A DNA stretch of 64,000 bases from Lama guanicoe (GCA_013239625.1 MU053487.1:3555058-3619057), one strand, 5' to 3'; positions 26,951 to 41,530 are shown, counted from the first letter of the stretch. Numbers and translations: made by a program. Notes: generated by a model from the letters alone, not told the origin.

Positions 26951-27544
26951 CTGGGAAACGGTGGAAGAAAAGTCGTCTTGGTGATTGAGGCTTGGTGCAG
27001 CCTCAGGCCGAGGTAGGCCAGGCAACTCTCAGCACCTCGGTTTTTCCCAGCAGTAAGTGGACTTGCACACTCACCCCTAAACGAGGGCATCATGGAGAGA
27101 GGAGCTCAGACAGACCCAGGATGTTATGAGAAAACTCAAGATCCCAGGAGGAAGAGAGTAGGGGCTGAAGTGGGCAACTCTTGGAGGAGGGGAGTGTGGG
27201 GGCAGGTGGGAGAGGGGATGTTGATGAGCAGAGGTAGTGACATAGAATCTTCTAGAAGGTTCAGCTGCCAAAATGGGAGCTGGAGGAGGAGGCCTGGAAC
27301 AGTGAGAAAGATGTCCTTGGCCTGGCTCCTACACGGTCTGCTCTGCAGTTAGCCTCCGGCACCTTCCTATGTGAAACTAGGTTTAGCCAGGGCAGAAGCT
27401 CCAGTACTTATTTTCTGAGCCTGCTCAGGCTTCCAACTTTGGATCTTCCTTACTATCCCGTCAAAAGACGCCCCTTGACTAGGGTAAACCACGTCCATGG
27501 ACAGACGGTTCTCTTTTTCCCAGCTGGTAGCAGACTCACAGCGA

Positions 27545-27880
27545 CCACCTTTGCCCACCTGCAACCCTGTCACCCAGAAGACACCATGATCAAAGGGAAG
27601 AGCCTTCCCCAGCAGGCACCACACTCACAGGGCCTACATTTACCCAGCAGGCACCACTTCCACCCATCAGACACTTCATGAACAGGCTCCGTCTTTACTC
27701 AGCAGGTAGCAAATTGTTACCCAGCAGACACCACATTCATAGGAAATACCTATATCCACCACACACTAGCTTTGCCCAGCACGCATCACACTTCTGGACA
27801 CCAGTGTTACCTAACAGGCACCAGCTTTACCCAGCATGCATCACACCTCCGGACACCAGCTTCACCCAGCAGGCACTATG
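27545..27880 (+). repeat. Degenerate approximately 20-bp minisatellite (TTTACCCAGCAGGCACCA-like), intron 10
   Basis: Recurrent yacccagcagrcacca units. Confidence 0.7.
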
Positions 27881-27937
27881 CTTATAGGAATCTACCATCA
27901 GGGGAAGGCTTGGTCTGGAGCCTCCTTGGCTGCGTTA

Positions 27938-28240
<303 letters not shown>

Positions 28241-28620
28241 TCAAATGGCCACAGCCTAGGGAGAGGGTAGGGCATATCCCATCTATAGAAGAGAGTGACC
28301 TACAGACAGGGGCAGTGCTCCACCCATGGGAGGAGGCAGAACATTCCGGCTAGTAGAGGAAATGTTGCATCATGTAGGGTGGACAAGTGTCCCACTCACA
28401 GAGCAGAGAGTATCCTACATAGAGGGCTGGGTACCTGGCCACCAGCGAAAGGAAGGTTTCTTTGCTTGCTGAGCCCTCATCCCTCAGATGTCCCCCGTCC
28501 CCTGCCCCTCCTCTGTTCTGGCCATTGGAAAGGTTGCTGTCCTTGTGCAGCCTGGGCCCCTGATGCTGGACCCTGAGCCTGTTCCTAGCAGCTCTCTGCT
28601 GGCCCTGTGCATCCACACAC

Positions 28621-28762
28621 CTGCTGGTAGAGGCGCTCCCAGCAGTCCTGTGTCATCAGTCGAAAGAGTGCGAGGAAGGCCCACGCGAAGGAGTCGAAGC
28701 TGGTGTAGCCGTGGTCAGGGTTCTCACCTGCCTTTAGGCACCGGTAGCCATCGGGACATGTC
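28621..28762 (-). CDS. SCN5A: SCN5A exon 9 (142 nt; DI pore loop ...[14 protein letters not shown])
   Basis: Acceptor ccgcag|G; donor CAG|GTGTGT; filter Asp372 (28647-28645) followed by Cys373 (28644-28642), diagnostic of TTX-resistant Nav1.5. Confidence 0.98.
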
Positions 28763-29966
28763 CTGCGGCCAGACACACTGACTGTCTCATGCTGTAAGAG
28801 GTCCTCCGCCCCTGAGACTCTAGCCTCATGAACCGGGTGCCACTCTGCCATGTCCTGCCTCTAGAACTTTTCATGCTGTGCCTCCCATGTGGGTCACCAT
28901 CTTCCCCTTTTCTCTGTGCATCTGTATGCTGCCAGGCCTAAATCCAGCTCCCTTCTGCCCATGTGAGATGCCATCCCAGCTGCTGTCCAAGTTGCCTCTC
29001 CCCTCACAAAGGAAGTGCCAAGGGCCTGGCTCAGGTCTCTTTCCCTGCCTGCCTACCTCAGGGGAGTGGGGCACAGTGCAGGCACACAGGTGGAATGGTG
29101 AGGCTGAGCTAAACAGGATGGAGCCCAGGGCAAAGGCAAGCCACGGGGCTGCAGGATGATTCCAGGGTGGATGGGCTGGGGCCTGGCCACGTCTGGAGGG
29201 GACAGTCCCTCTCCCATAGAGGGAGCGCTAGGCTGGATTCATGAGTGCAGTGAATGGATGAGAGAGAGGATGGGGCAAAGGGAAGCTGGCAGATGGGAGG
29301 ATGCAGCCAAGGGGCCTCTGTGCCTTGCTAACATCCTAAGTTAAGACCTTCTCTTTAGGGACAGGAAGCGCTCTGGAACTTCATATTCAGAGATGTGGGA
29401 CTACAGCACCATGCAGCACCTCCCCCACCAGGTGAGCCTGTGAGACCTCCTGGCTCCCAACAATCTTTGGCACAGTCACACTGACCCAGGCGGCGGTGTG
29501 CACAGGGCCCTGAAAGTTGTGCATGGCTTACTGGGCATCTCTGGGTACCACACTCAGGCTGCAAGTCAAGGCTGCTAGGGGAGGCCACACTCTTGACCTG
29601 ATGGAGGATCAGGAGGGAGGAAGTGAAGACTGGAGAGGGAGGGAGCTACCCTGGGGGGACTTCAGAAAGGGAAATGGAGCCAGAGTTGGGCTGCTGGGGG
29701 GCCCTGCAGGGCTTCTTGAGCTGTCCCCCCAAGTCTAGTCCCTTCTCCAGGACTCTGTTCACCCTCCTTGCAGATCTGAGCCCCCATCCCCCCTCTTTTT
29801 TTTTTTGCCCCTTCCCAGCTGTCTCCCTGTGGCAGCGAAGGGAGGTGGGGAAAGGACCTGCTGTTCCTGGGGTCAAGGGCATATACTGAAAGTACAGTTA
29901 GTTGAGGAAGCACGGGAAGCCCCCACCGGCTGGGTGAGGTGGCCCTGGGGGCTGGGTGCCACATAC

Positions 29967-30030
29967 CCCGCGTCAGAGCTGTTCCCACACAGTAACACAT
30001 CAGAGGTGCCGTTCTTCAACAGGTAATTTT
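29967..30030 (-). CDS. SCN5A: SCN5A exon 8 (64 nt; [22 protein letters not shown])
   Basis: Acceptor cttccag|A; donor GG|GTATGT. Confidence 0.97.
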
Positions 30031-30453
30031 CTGGAAGAGAAGCATTCAACGGTGAGGGGCAGGTGTGGCCCAGACTACCGGGGTTTCCAACCTGCACCCA
30101 GGGCTTTGGGAAGGCAGACACCGCTGGGGGTCTTCCCTCTCCTTCTCTGCCCCTGCCCTGCCCTCTACCCTCTGCCTGGCCAGGTCTGAGGCAACGTAGG
30201 CTGCTTCTCTGGCCTTGCCTTCCTCTTGCTCCTCCTCAGACGTTCCGCTGCCAGTGTCCCCACGGGGAGCTTCTGCACCCTGCCCCAATCACTCAGGGAG
30301 CCAACCTGGACCAAGAGAAGCCCTGAACTAGGAGGGGTCTGTTCAGACGGGGCTGGTGCTGCACCAGGTGAGACAGGGGACAGCAGTCCTGTTGCCTCCA
30401 CTCTGTGACCATCCATCAGCCCCCATCACTCACCACGACCTGCCTTAGTCTTA

Positions 30454-30627
30454 GGCAGTTCTCCAAGGGTGGTCCCCAGCCCAGCAGCACGAAGCATCAA
30501 TTGAGAACTGGTTAGAATGGTAACTTCCCGGATCTACTGACTCAGAACTCCAGGCCTGGGGCCCAGCAGTCTGTGTTTTCCGGAGCCCTCCAGGTGACTC
30601 TGGTACACACTGAAGTTTTACAACTGC
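30454..30627 (+). mobile_element. MER5A-type hAT MITE
   Basis: cagttctccaagggtggtccc...ctactgactcagaa...gcccagcagtctgtgtttt...ccctccaggtgactctg...gaagttt. Confidence 0.75.
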
Positions 30628-31064
30628 TCATGGCCACGGCTGAATCATAAGCACATTTATGCACTGAGTTTCCACCTATTTCTTTTTCCCAAAGTGGACT
30701 GCCGGGGTATATAAGAGGCCCTCATTTCAGAGTGGTTCACGGTGGCCTGGAATCTGGCCTTGTGCCAGCACCTGCTTTTGGTCCAGACTGCTGGCTCTAG
30801 TCAAGGGAGGTGCTTGCCATCAGCCTGAGAACGGAAGCACAGCCCACGGGGCGGTGAACCAACTCAAGGGGCTCACGTAGCTTTGCACAGCCACCGAGCT
30901 TGCCCTGGGGCGCCCGTGTATAGACTTAACATCCTAACAAGGAACACTGCTACCTGTCTGTCTCTCCACCCAACTCCATCCATCCCATTCTTCAAGCGTC
31001 ATCTCCCCACCCGGCCTGAGACCTCAGGAGGCAGGCACTAAGGCTGCTCTTCCCTGTCCTCTTA

Positions 31065-31616
<552 letters not shown>

Positions 31617-34199
31617 CTAAGATTCTGTCCTGAATCCTTTGGGCCAAGAGTCTAGTCTGGTTGTGTATTTTCAGAGGGACCTACTTCTCTTTCCTCCCCA
31701 CTAGCCAAATAAATGAAATGAGTGTGGGCAATGCAGTTTCCTTGAAGAAAACACTCAAAGCCTGTCCGCCTCTGGCTGGTCCCAAGGTATGCTGGCCTGC
31801 CCTTTAAATGTAACTCCTGGAAGGGAGACAGAGGGCCAGGCCTGTTCCAGGGCAATGGAGAGCCTTGGCCCTGATCCTGAGATGGGGAGAGACACTGCCA
31901 TTCTTGGTAGAGGGAAAGAGTGAGTGAGCTGGGGAGGTTGGGTGCAGGGAGGTGGGTATTGTCTTAAGGGGCCTTTTCTGGCTCCAGCCTGCTTTTGGGA
32001 AAGGCTCAGGGGCAGGGGAGGGGCTGATGTGTTTTGCACTTTCCTCCTCTGCCCTGTCCCCTGGGCCCCATCCGCTGTCCATCCCATTCCCCAAAGCTGA
32101 GAGGCCGTGATCTGTTAGTTGCATGGCCCAGCTCCCTGCAGAAGCCAGCACCACACAGAAAAGCATGTGTAGACGCCTTCGGTCTGACACTTGGCTACCA
32201 TCCTACAACAAGTTCACAAGTTCGAGCAGAGCATTGGGAGCAAGGGGGCTTCTCTGCCAGCAGCAAGGACCCCCGCCCCGCCCCTCCTATCCACCCCCGC
32301 CCCCATCAAAGCGGCCAGATCTCAGATTAAGCTCCATCCATCTGTCCAGCCGGTTAATGTGTTAGGAGCACCCGTGCGGCTGTGCCCACGACTCAGAGAC
32401 AAGTAGACAGCGATGGGCAGACACGGGAGAGGGGAGAGGAATTCCTCCCCACAGTGCCGCTAACGCTGCTGCCTGCCCGGGGCTCAGAGGCACCCAGCGT
32501 TTTTGTGAAATCATCCTGGCAGATGTCGGCAATTGCCTGGGCCATGGGTGGACCTTGCAGTGGTGGGGGCCCAGATGGCGGTGGGGGTGAAGGTGGTGGG
32601 ATCACGAGCCCTCAGTGGTCCAGATCTATGCCTCCTCCTTAGCAGAGCTCCTCTGACCCCTGGTGGGCACTCTGGTTCTGCTTGCCACACCTGGAGACCC
32701 TGCCCACAGTGTGTGTGTGGGGGGGGTTGGTCAAAGTGATGGGAAGTGGGCAGTAGCTTACATCCCCAAACTGGATTCTGCCTCCAAAGTATCTTCGGCC
32801 TAAAGCATCCAGTTCAAGGCCCTGCAAAGCACCTCCTGGTTTGTGGAGATAGTGTCTTTGGGGATAGTCGGTTGGTGACCCACTCTAACCACGTCTCATG
32901 TTGATGAGAATCTACTTCTGGCAAGAATGGCTCCAACCAAGTAAAGGGATTCTTTCTGGAAAGACCCAGGAAGAGACGGGTCCTGGGGGATCAAGTGGGA
33001 AATTCTCCTGCCACTGAAGTTCTAACAGGTTTGGAGAAGAGCCCTCGGAGACCCTACTCCAATTAATTCCCATTTTAAAGCAAAGGAGACTGAGATCTGG
33101 AGAGGGCCACGGCTATTAAGCCTCAGCTCAGGACACCTCCTCCAGGGGGTCCTCCTTGATGCCGACCATACCATTTTCCTAATGACCACTTTCAGAAGGT
33201 GCTGCCTGCTTCCTCACTGGGTTGCTGGCAGCTTTGAAGAGATGCAATGTGGCTGGCTTGGGGTCGGTGGGCTCCCTCTAACCCTGGACTGAAAAATATT
33301 TTCCTTTGTAAGCCTTTCTTATAACACAAACTGGAACATGCCTTTTCTTAAACACTACAGCCAGCGTGCTTATCTACCCTTGCGGGGTGTGCGCTGCGAA
33401 GTCCCGAGGACCCTCGAGGACAGACCCCGAGGTGTGTGAGTGTGTGTGTGCACAAAGGCAATGACATCTTTCTCAGCGGGGGTGGCTCCATGGGAGCTGG
33501 AACAGATTGCCCCACCTGCTATGGGCTTTTAGCAGGGATCTGGGCCAAACACAGACCCAGGGCCCATGCTCCCCCAGCTTCCAAATCAGGAGTGGGTACA
33601 ACAGTCTGGTTCACCTAATTCTTGCTTCAGCTCCGACACCTCTCCAGATTGGGAGCATGTAAGCTGTTCCCAGCCGCCTTCTTAAAAGGGTGCCTTCTCC
33701 AGTTCTGAATGCGGATACATTCAAAAAAATTTCTGGAAGGAGCCTCTGGGCACTGGCCTGTGACATCGTCAGAAGTCTGTGAGAGCTTTCCTGGATGGAC
33801 AGGGTAGACTGGCTTTCTAGAGAGGCTGTCTGGGCTTAGAAGGGTTCCCGCTGACAATTGCCAACACCTGTCAAGGAGAATTTCATCCCGAGGCTACCAT
33901 GCACGGTTTGCTAAACTTCTACCGCACATGCAGCGAGGGCTGTTAGACGCCAAGGCTGGTCACACCTGTCCACAGAGTATGCTCCGTTTCACAGAATGGG
34001 GCTGGGGTGCCGGCTGTGCGTGTAGCACCAGACGAGGCACGAGGCAGGGACTTGGCACTCAGCCATGAAAGGCCGTGACCGAGCTGTTCTTCTTTGTTCT
34101 GAGTGTGTGTGTGTTTTCCCTCAAAAACAGTTCTTTTGGTTTCCTCACTAGAGGATGCTGCTTCAAGGCTGAAGCCATTCACATTTGAGCTTTTAGCTA

Positions 34200-34688
<489 letters not shown>

Positions 34689-34731
34689 TCACTTGTAGCT
34701 GAGATCTGACAGGCAAACCCGGGCATCTTAC

Positions 34732-34823
34732 CTGGGATAACTGAAATAGTTTTTAGAGCTCTCAGGACTCTGAAAGTTCGAAGAGCCGACAAATTGCCTA
34801 GTTTTATATTTTCTGATACATAC
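34732..34823 (-). CDS. SCN5A: SCN5A exon 6a (fetal/neonatal, mutually exclusive; 92 nt; [31 protein letters not shown])
   Basis: Acceptor ttctgcag|G; donor CAG|GTAAGA; paralogous to exon 6b, same length and phase; Lys at position 211. Confidence 0.96.
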
Positions 34824-37800
34824 CTGCAGAATCAAACCAGTTATCGGGAATTACAAAGCAGCACCTCAGCCCGCCCTCCCCGACCAGCCCCTCTCCCTCC
34901 TCCCCCTCCCGCGGGGAGGGCTGTGCAGGACCTGGGCCCTCCCCCAGGTCTTCTTCCTAAGCCCATCCCTCCTGACATGGGGGCCTCAGCAAGGCTGCCA
35001 GCAGGATGGCCACAGAGCAAGCTCCCAGGTGGCTTTCTCGGTGACAGTCTTATGAATGACCAGCGCCAGGAGGCAACTACTCTGCCACAACCTCCATGCC
35101 ACTGGGGACCATGACACGCAACCATGTAGTGGGCTCTGAGACTGGGGACACAGCCGAGGAGGAAACTGTTTTCCAGGAGACCAGGCGAGGCCAGGTGACA
35201 CAGGAAACAAGTGGATTTCTGCTCCTAGTTTCGCTCTGCATCTTCTGCAGGGTCATCAGTTCATGCCTGGCTGCTCTGATCCATGCGATCCTGAAGCCCT
35301 GACTGAGACCATGGAGGCGTGGCTGGGTCTTCGAGGACACCCTACTCACTTCTTCCAACCACAGATCTCTGTGCCAGGAGTGGTTCAGGAGTCTCTGAAG
35401 TCGGGAGAGGGAGGCAACCTGCACACTCAGAGAAGAGTTTCCGAGATGATGCTTTGGAGGATGAGACAGATGGTTGCCCGAACATTCAGCTCTTCGACTA
35501 CTCACAGGCCATGGCCGACACAGGAAGAGAAAAAAGCAGATGGAGGGTCCTAGGGATGCACCAGCCCCTCTCCCATGAGTCCATCCCAGTCTCATCCAAG
35601 ACCCTCAGTTTCCCCAAGGCTCCAGGTCTCCACAGGAGGAGTGGCCTCAGGATCTGTCCTGCTCAGGCCCAAGTGGTTCTTAGGGTTGAGGGGCCGTGGG
35701 GCTGCCCCCTGCAACTTGGACAGTGCCCATCCGTACCCTCCACAGGCACAGGAGGAAGAGCCAGCCTCTGGGGGTCAGGGACCTGCCCCAGGAGAGCACG
35801 AGGACATGTATGGACAGGCCACATGACCAGGCTGTCTGAGAGATAGATGGACAGTGTGTGACCAGGGCCACTGGGACAGTGGCAAGTGACTTGTGATATT
35901 TAACCAAAGGTTTCACATCCAGGGTGTCTGACATTTAACCGAAGGTGTCTGATGTTTAACAAAGTACAGCGGGCTCAGGATGTCTGCTGTTTAAACAAGT
36001 GTGTCCGACCCGTTGTCAGAGTGACGTCAGCCCAGTGACACCGGGTAAGTGTCAGGGATGGGCTGACAGTGCTGACGGACTCACTCTGCCAGTCAGCATG
36101 GCCCTCCAGGCCCTGCCACTCTGCTCAGAGCTTCTGAATCTGCCTTCAAGCTCTGAGTGAGTGCACGGAGGGACTTGGCAGGCTGTGCCCTGGGGTCAGC
36201 CAAGTCCAGCCTGGTCCAGCTCTGACTGACCCCGGCTTCCTCTCCATCCACGCCCGGGGCTCTTCTACCTGCACGGGGCCCCATGGACCACGCCTGCTCC
36301 TTCCTTATTCTCCACATCCCCTCAGAGACGGGCAGTCAGCAGACATTCTCAGCAGCGCTTCCCTTCTGGCTACACCAGATCCTCTCTGTGGTGTGGTTTT
36401 CATTCCCTCTGCGGGACTCACTGCACCTTGCAGATCTTTCTTGGATGCAGCCCTATCCTCCAGTGATGAGTAGAAATCACCTCCCTTGTTCTGGCCCATA
36501 TACACCTATTAATTTAGTGGAAGCTCTCTCTCAAGTTTTGATGGCTATGCAACTTTCTGTAAGGGCTCTGGTCCTCAGGGCTCGGTCCCATATTCTTCTC
36601 TCAGGCTTGGACTCTCTGTCCAGACATGGTGCAGCTACAGGACTGTCAGGTTGAGCCTGGAACATTACTGATGTTGCTGTAACATGGAAGCCATGATTCC
36701 AGTCTGCTGGTGGCCCTGGGTCCATTTCCTGCTGCTGGTCCAGTGCGTGTGGCCTGGGACAAAGCTTGTCTTGCTCGGAACACTGGTTTCCAGGCTGTCT
36801 CTTCTGGTTACAGGGCATGAGTGTAGGACTGTGGAGTCCTCCACAGTCTGAGTGGAGGATCAGAAAGGGAGCCAGCTCTCCCTGCTGCACCCTCTTGTCC
36901 CTTCCAGACCCTGCCTGTGCCTTCAAGTCTCTAGAGAAGCCCCGCCCATCTCCAGCTGGGATTCAGCCTGTCTTTGCCTGTCCTAGTGTAGAATCTACCT
37001 CCCCCACCCCCTCAGGTCCCCAGCACAGACAGTGCTTGTCCTCCACTCAATTCCCGCTGAGCACAGAGAAGCCAAGATCGCAAGGTATGAGCTCCTGGCA
37101 GCCTTCAAGGCCAGCCGCGTGGCTGAGAACAGGGTGGGGCTGGTGGCCACGTGTCGGTGACATCAGGACACGTGCAGCAGAGCAATGCTGAGAAGACTTG
37201 AAGGTGGGGTGCAGGGCTGGGGGAGGACAAGGCGTGTCTGTGACCATGTCTGTGACACGGAGCTACTGCCTCTCTTACTCCACCCAGAACCTGGTGCCTG
37301 GTTACTTCCAACTTGGAGACCCTAGACCCCCACCGAGGCCTCTCTTGGGGCCCCAGAGTATGGCAAGACCCTGTATCTAGCAAAGGGCCAGCAGCGGCAG
37401 TGGCCTGGATGAGGGCAGAGCTCTGCTCCTGCCAGGCTGGCAAAACACTCCTCCAAGCATCCTCCTGTCTGCTGTGACCAAGCCGCGGGGCAGGGGCAGA
37501 TGGCTGGGGTGGGATTGGGGGCCCTGACACAGAGAGAGCAGATGGGTGGCGGGTGAGAATTCTGCCGTGTCATGCCAGCCCCAGCACAGGATGGAGCCCT
37601 TCTGGGAAGGGCTAACCCTGGTCTTCCCCCTGCTCTGCCCCATGTCACTCATAGCCCTCCGCTCCTCTCACACAGCCCCTCCGGGGGGCGAGGCAGAGGT
37701 ACAGCCAGCACGTTAGCTGCCACGGTGATTGCCACCCTCTCCTCTCTGCCCTCCCTCCCTTCCCCTCCAGGTTTGGTTTCCATAACAACCCCAGAAGGTG

Positions 37801-38929
37801 GGAGGCTGTGCTAACTAGCAGGTAATGCCCAGCTGGGAGGGGGCCGCAGGAAGAGCTCTGGCTGGGGGGTTGCCAGTTGAGCCTGGCAGGCTTCCTGGCA
37901 CCCTCTCCGACCCTCCACAGTCTCTAAACTGGGTGGGGCTGGGGATCAGGTCGAGACCTGGCCAGGAACATCAGAACAGGGATGCTTCTCACAGTTACGA
38001 GTTAGGAGACTTGGCCTGAGCCCCAGTGTTGCTGCTGACTCATTCTATACATTTAGGCAAGTGGTAGGCTCTCTCTGAGCCTCAGTTTCTCTGTCTATAA
38101 AACGGAGGGCAGGGTGTGGTGTTTCATTGAAGAGAATCTTCTGCCACTTAGGACCCCTTTGATTACTCCAGGAGACCCCCATCATTGAGCCACTTTGACT
38201 ATAGCAGGACGCTTTTCACTGCATTACCACAGCAGTAATTAACTGTTTTCACAAGGCAGAGTCACTGTCAATCAAAGCTGTCGGGCCAATCCAGCCCAGA
38301 ACACACTCTCGACATTCCAGTGGGCCCAGGCAGCCCCAGAGGAGGTGAGTGCACCACTTCTGTGAGATGCTCAGAAACAGGAAAATAGTCTGGTGGCCTC
38401 CGAGGCCCTCCCTCATCAGGTGTGTGTCCCCCACGCCCCTGGAGGCCCACTTCCGGTACAGAGGTAAGGCAAGAGGCCTTGGTGAGGAAGGCACACCTGT
38501 TCTGATTCCGAGTGGAAGGAGTGGGTTCCCGAGGGAGCCCACGGGGGCTGACTGGGATTCTGTCACAAGACAAGACAGGCGGGCTTGCTGGGGGCTAGAC
38601 GGAGAGTACTCAGAGCATCTCCCAGTGTTGTGGGCTGAAGACAGGCCAAAGCCTGGCTCCGGCTGTCAGACAACGGGCCCAGGATCTGGGAGCGTGGTTG
38701 CCATGACACAGTTCTGCTCAGGCTCCAGGATGGGAAGGTAGGAGAGGCTCAGGTAGATGCTGTAACCTGTCCTGCTGGAGCCCTCTTCCTGTGACTTCAG
38801 GCCCTCGGGGCCCCTGGATCACCGCCACCCTCCTGCAGGGCACCCTGGAGCCTGGTCCTGGCCTGGCAATCCCACTGCATTCCCATCGGTGTGGCCTCTT
38901 GGCACGGGGAGCCCTCCCTCCTCAAACCT

Positions 38930-40230
38930 CAGACTTGTCTCCCAGCTGCTGACCCTGCTTCTTACCACTGAGAAAACAGAAGCAATCAGAAGAGAAATTC
39001 CTTCCCTCATCATCAACTCTATCAGTCCACCGCCACTGCCACCTGAAATCTGCCTTCCCTGCTCTTAAGGCCGATGCTCCAGCCAGACTCTGGATTCCTA
39101 TCCCTCGGGCCAGCTCAAGGGCTTTGTCCCTGCAGTCACCCACTTCCCTCCATCACCCACGTCCTCTCTTTCCTGGATCAATCCCACCAACCTGCAAAGA
39201 TGCCTCCCTTCTTTAAACGTCCTCCCTTCACCCTCGTCCCTTTGGGCCGCCACCCTACTTTCAGTCCTGTTTCAGAGCAAACCCCACGAAGCAAATGAGT
39301 ACACCTGCCCTCCTCCCACCTCCCTAATCAGGTGTGTGTCCTCCACGCCCCTGGAAGCCATCTTGTCAGTCAAGGTCATCAACCCTCTTGATGCTGTCAA
39401 CTCCAATGGTCCGTTTGGGGTCTCGCCTTCCTCAGCCTCCTCGTGCTTTCTTTCAAATCGAGCCACATTCCTCAGCTGGCTTTCAGGACTCTGCTCTCTC
39501 CAGGTTTTCCCCCGCCCTCACTGGCCATCCCCTCCAGTTTCTTCCCTCCATCCTCCTTTTTCCTGACCTGGAGATGTTGGCGTGTCCCAGGGTACAGTCC
39601 CCGGGCGGCTTCCCTTCCCTGGGGACACTCACTCCTAGATGATCTCATCCGGTCTCCCGGCTTTAAATGCCATCTGTATCCCGACGGCTTCTAAATTTAT
39701 ACCTCCAAGTGCACCTCTTTCCTGAACTCCAGGCTGGAAGATCCAGTTGCCGACTCGATATCTCAGCCTGGATGCTTTCATACCTAATACATTCCAGACC
39801 GGATGTTCGATTCTCCCCTCTCTGTGCCAACGCCTGCCTCCGTTCTCCACACCAACAAAGGGTAACACCAGCCGCCCAGCTGCTCAAGCCAAAAGCCGCC
39901 TTGAGGTCTCCTGTCAGCCCTACCTTCAAATATATCCAGAATCTGACCATGTCTCTCACCTTCTCCACTTGCACCCTGGTCCCAGCCACCATCCTCTCTC
40001 TCCTGGCTACGAAAATAGCCTAACTGCTCTGTCACTTCCGCCCTTACCCCTCTCCAGTGTCCTGGCCGCAGAGCAGCCAGGGCGATCCTCACAGAATGTA
40101 AATCTGATCACGTCCCTCCCTGCTCTTAACCCACACCAGCTCGCTTCACACTTGGCTCTCATCACGGACTATAAAACTGCACAATCTGTCCCCGACAGTC
40201 CACTATTTCCTTGTTCGCTCGGCTCTGCCC
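38930..40230 (+). repeat. LINE-2 fragment
   Basis: L2 ORF2-like motifs gtcaaggtcatcaa...ccaatggtc and gatctcatcc..tc.c..ggctttaaatgccatctgtat...aaatttatacctcc. Confidence 0.8.
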
Positions 40231-41530
40231 AGGCCTAAATCTACACTGGATTCGGGGCAAGTGGTAGCCTCTCTCTGAGCCTCGGTTTCTGCACCTGTAA
40301 AACGGTGGACCACCATTTTACCACAAGCAGTGTAGCTAACAACAGAGGTTCTGATGCACGTTCTGACCACCAGGTTCTCCATCCAGCTGAGGGCACCCCA
40401 TCACCAGGGTCCAGCTTCCCTCTTTTCCTCTCTCCCCCACCATGTGGCTGAGCTCAGAGCCACTCACATCCAAGGGTAAAGACTTTGTCATGAACAAGTG
40501 GATTCAGTCAATCTGAGAATCCTAGAAAGTGGCAATTGAATTGAACCTCTGATACCACTCAGCTCAACACTAACCTTTCACCAGTGGGGCAACTGAGGCT
40601 CTGTAAGGGCAGGGACTATAACCCTCGCCCGCTGTGCCCCTGGCCATGGTGGGGGCCCAGCCCTGCACACACTGGGTTCCCCACACACATCAGGCTTTCA
40701 GAGAGGGTTTGATGGCTAAGTCCCTGACCAAGGCTCTCGCACAGAGAGGGGCTTGCCCTGATCAGTCGTCCCCACCAGAACCCAGCATCCGTTGCCGGAG
40801 ACATCAGAGTGGAACATCTCAACCCAACCCCTCAGCAAGTGTCTCCTCCCAGGCAAGGAAGTGGGGCCTCAGTCGGTGTGGCAACAAGCTGGGGGATCAT
40901 GTTTGCCCACTGTGTCCCTAACATGAGTTTTCTCATCTGTAAAATGGGGATAAGGAACCCTCATTGAGCCTCTCTGGCTGGTGTGAGGACACAATGGATC
41001 ATGTCAGTGACAGCGTGTCTCACAACGTGCCAGACGTGGAATCTGTGAGTGGAGGCTGGAGACATGTGGGTGTGGCTGGGGGATGTTCAGCACCTTGACT
41101 CTGGGCTCCTTTGCTCTCTTTCCTGCAGTTTAAATCACCCTGGAATCCAGGTCATTGTTCACAGTGGTCTAGAGATTCAGGCTGTATCACTGGTTTTCCT
41201 TTGATGGAAAGGGCAGAGGATGCTGAACCAGAATCTTAACGAAGCCCCTTGAGCACAGAGCTGCCACGGAGCCACAGATGAGCCAGTGGACCTGACCACC
41301 ACGGCCACCTGAGCTACTCTGAACCCGTCTCTCCCCACCAGGATGAGCCGAGGGTCTCCAGAGTGTCCTCCTCCAGCCACAGCAGGAAAAGTGGGTGTCT
41401 CTACAGCCGCCTACCAAGCTGATGTGGCCTCAGCAGGGAGGCAAGAGGGCTAGGCAGCCTGGAAACAGGAGTGGTGCCCATGCCCCTCAGCGTGGCCTGG
41501 CATCAGACAGCACAGAGGCAGGGTACTTAC

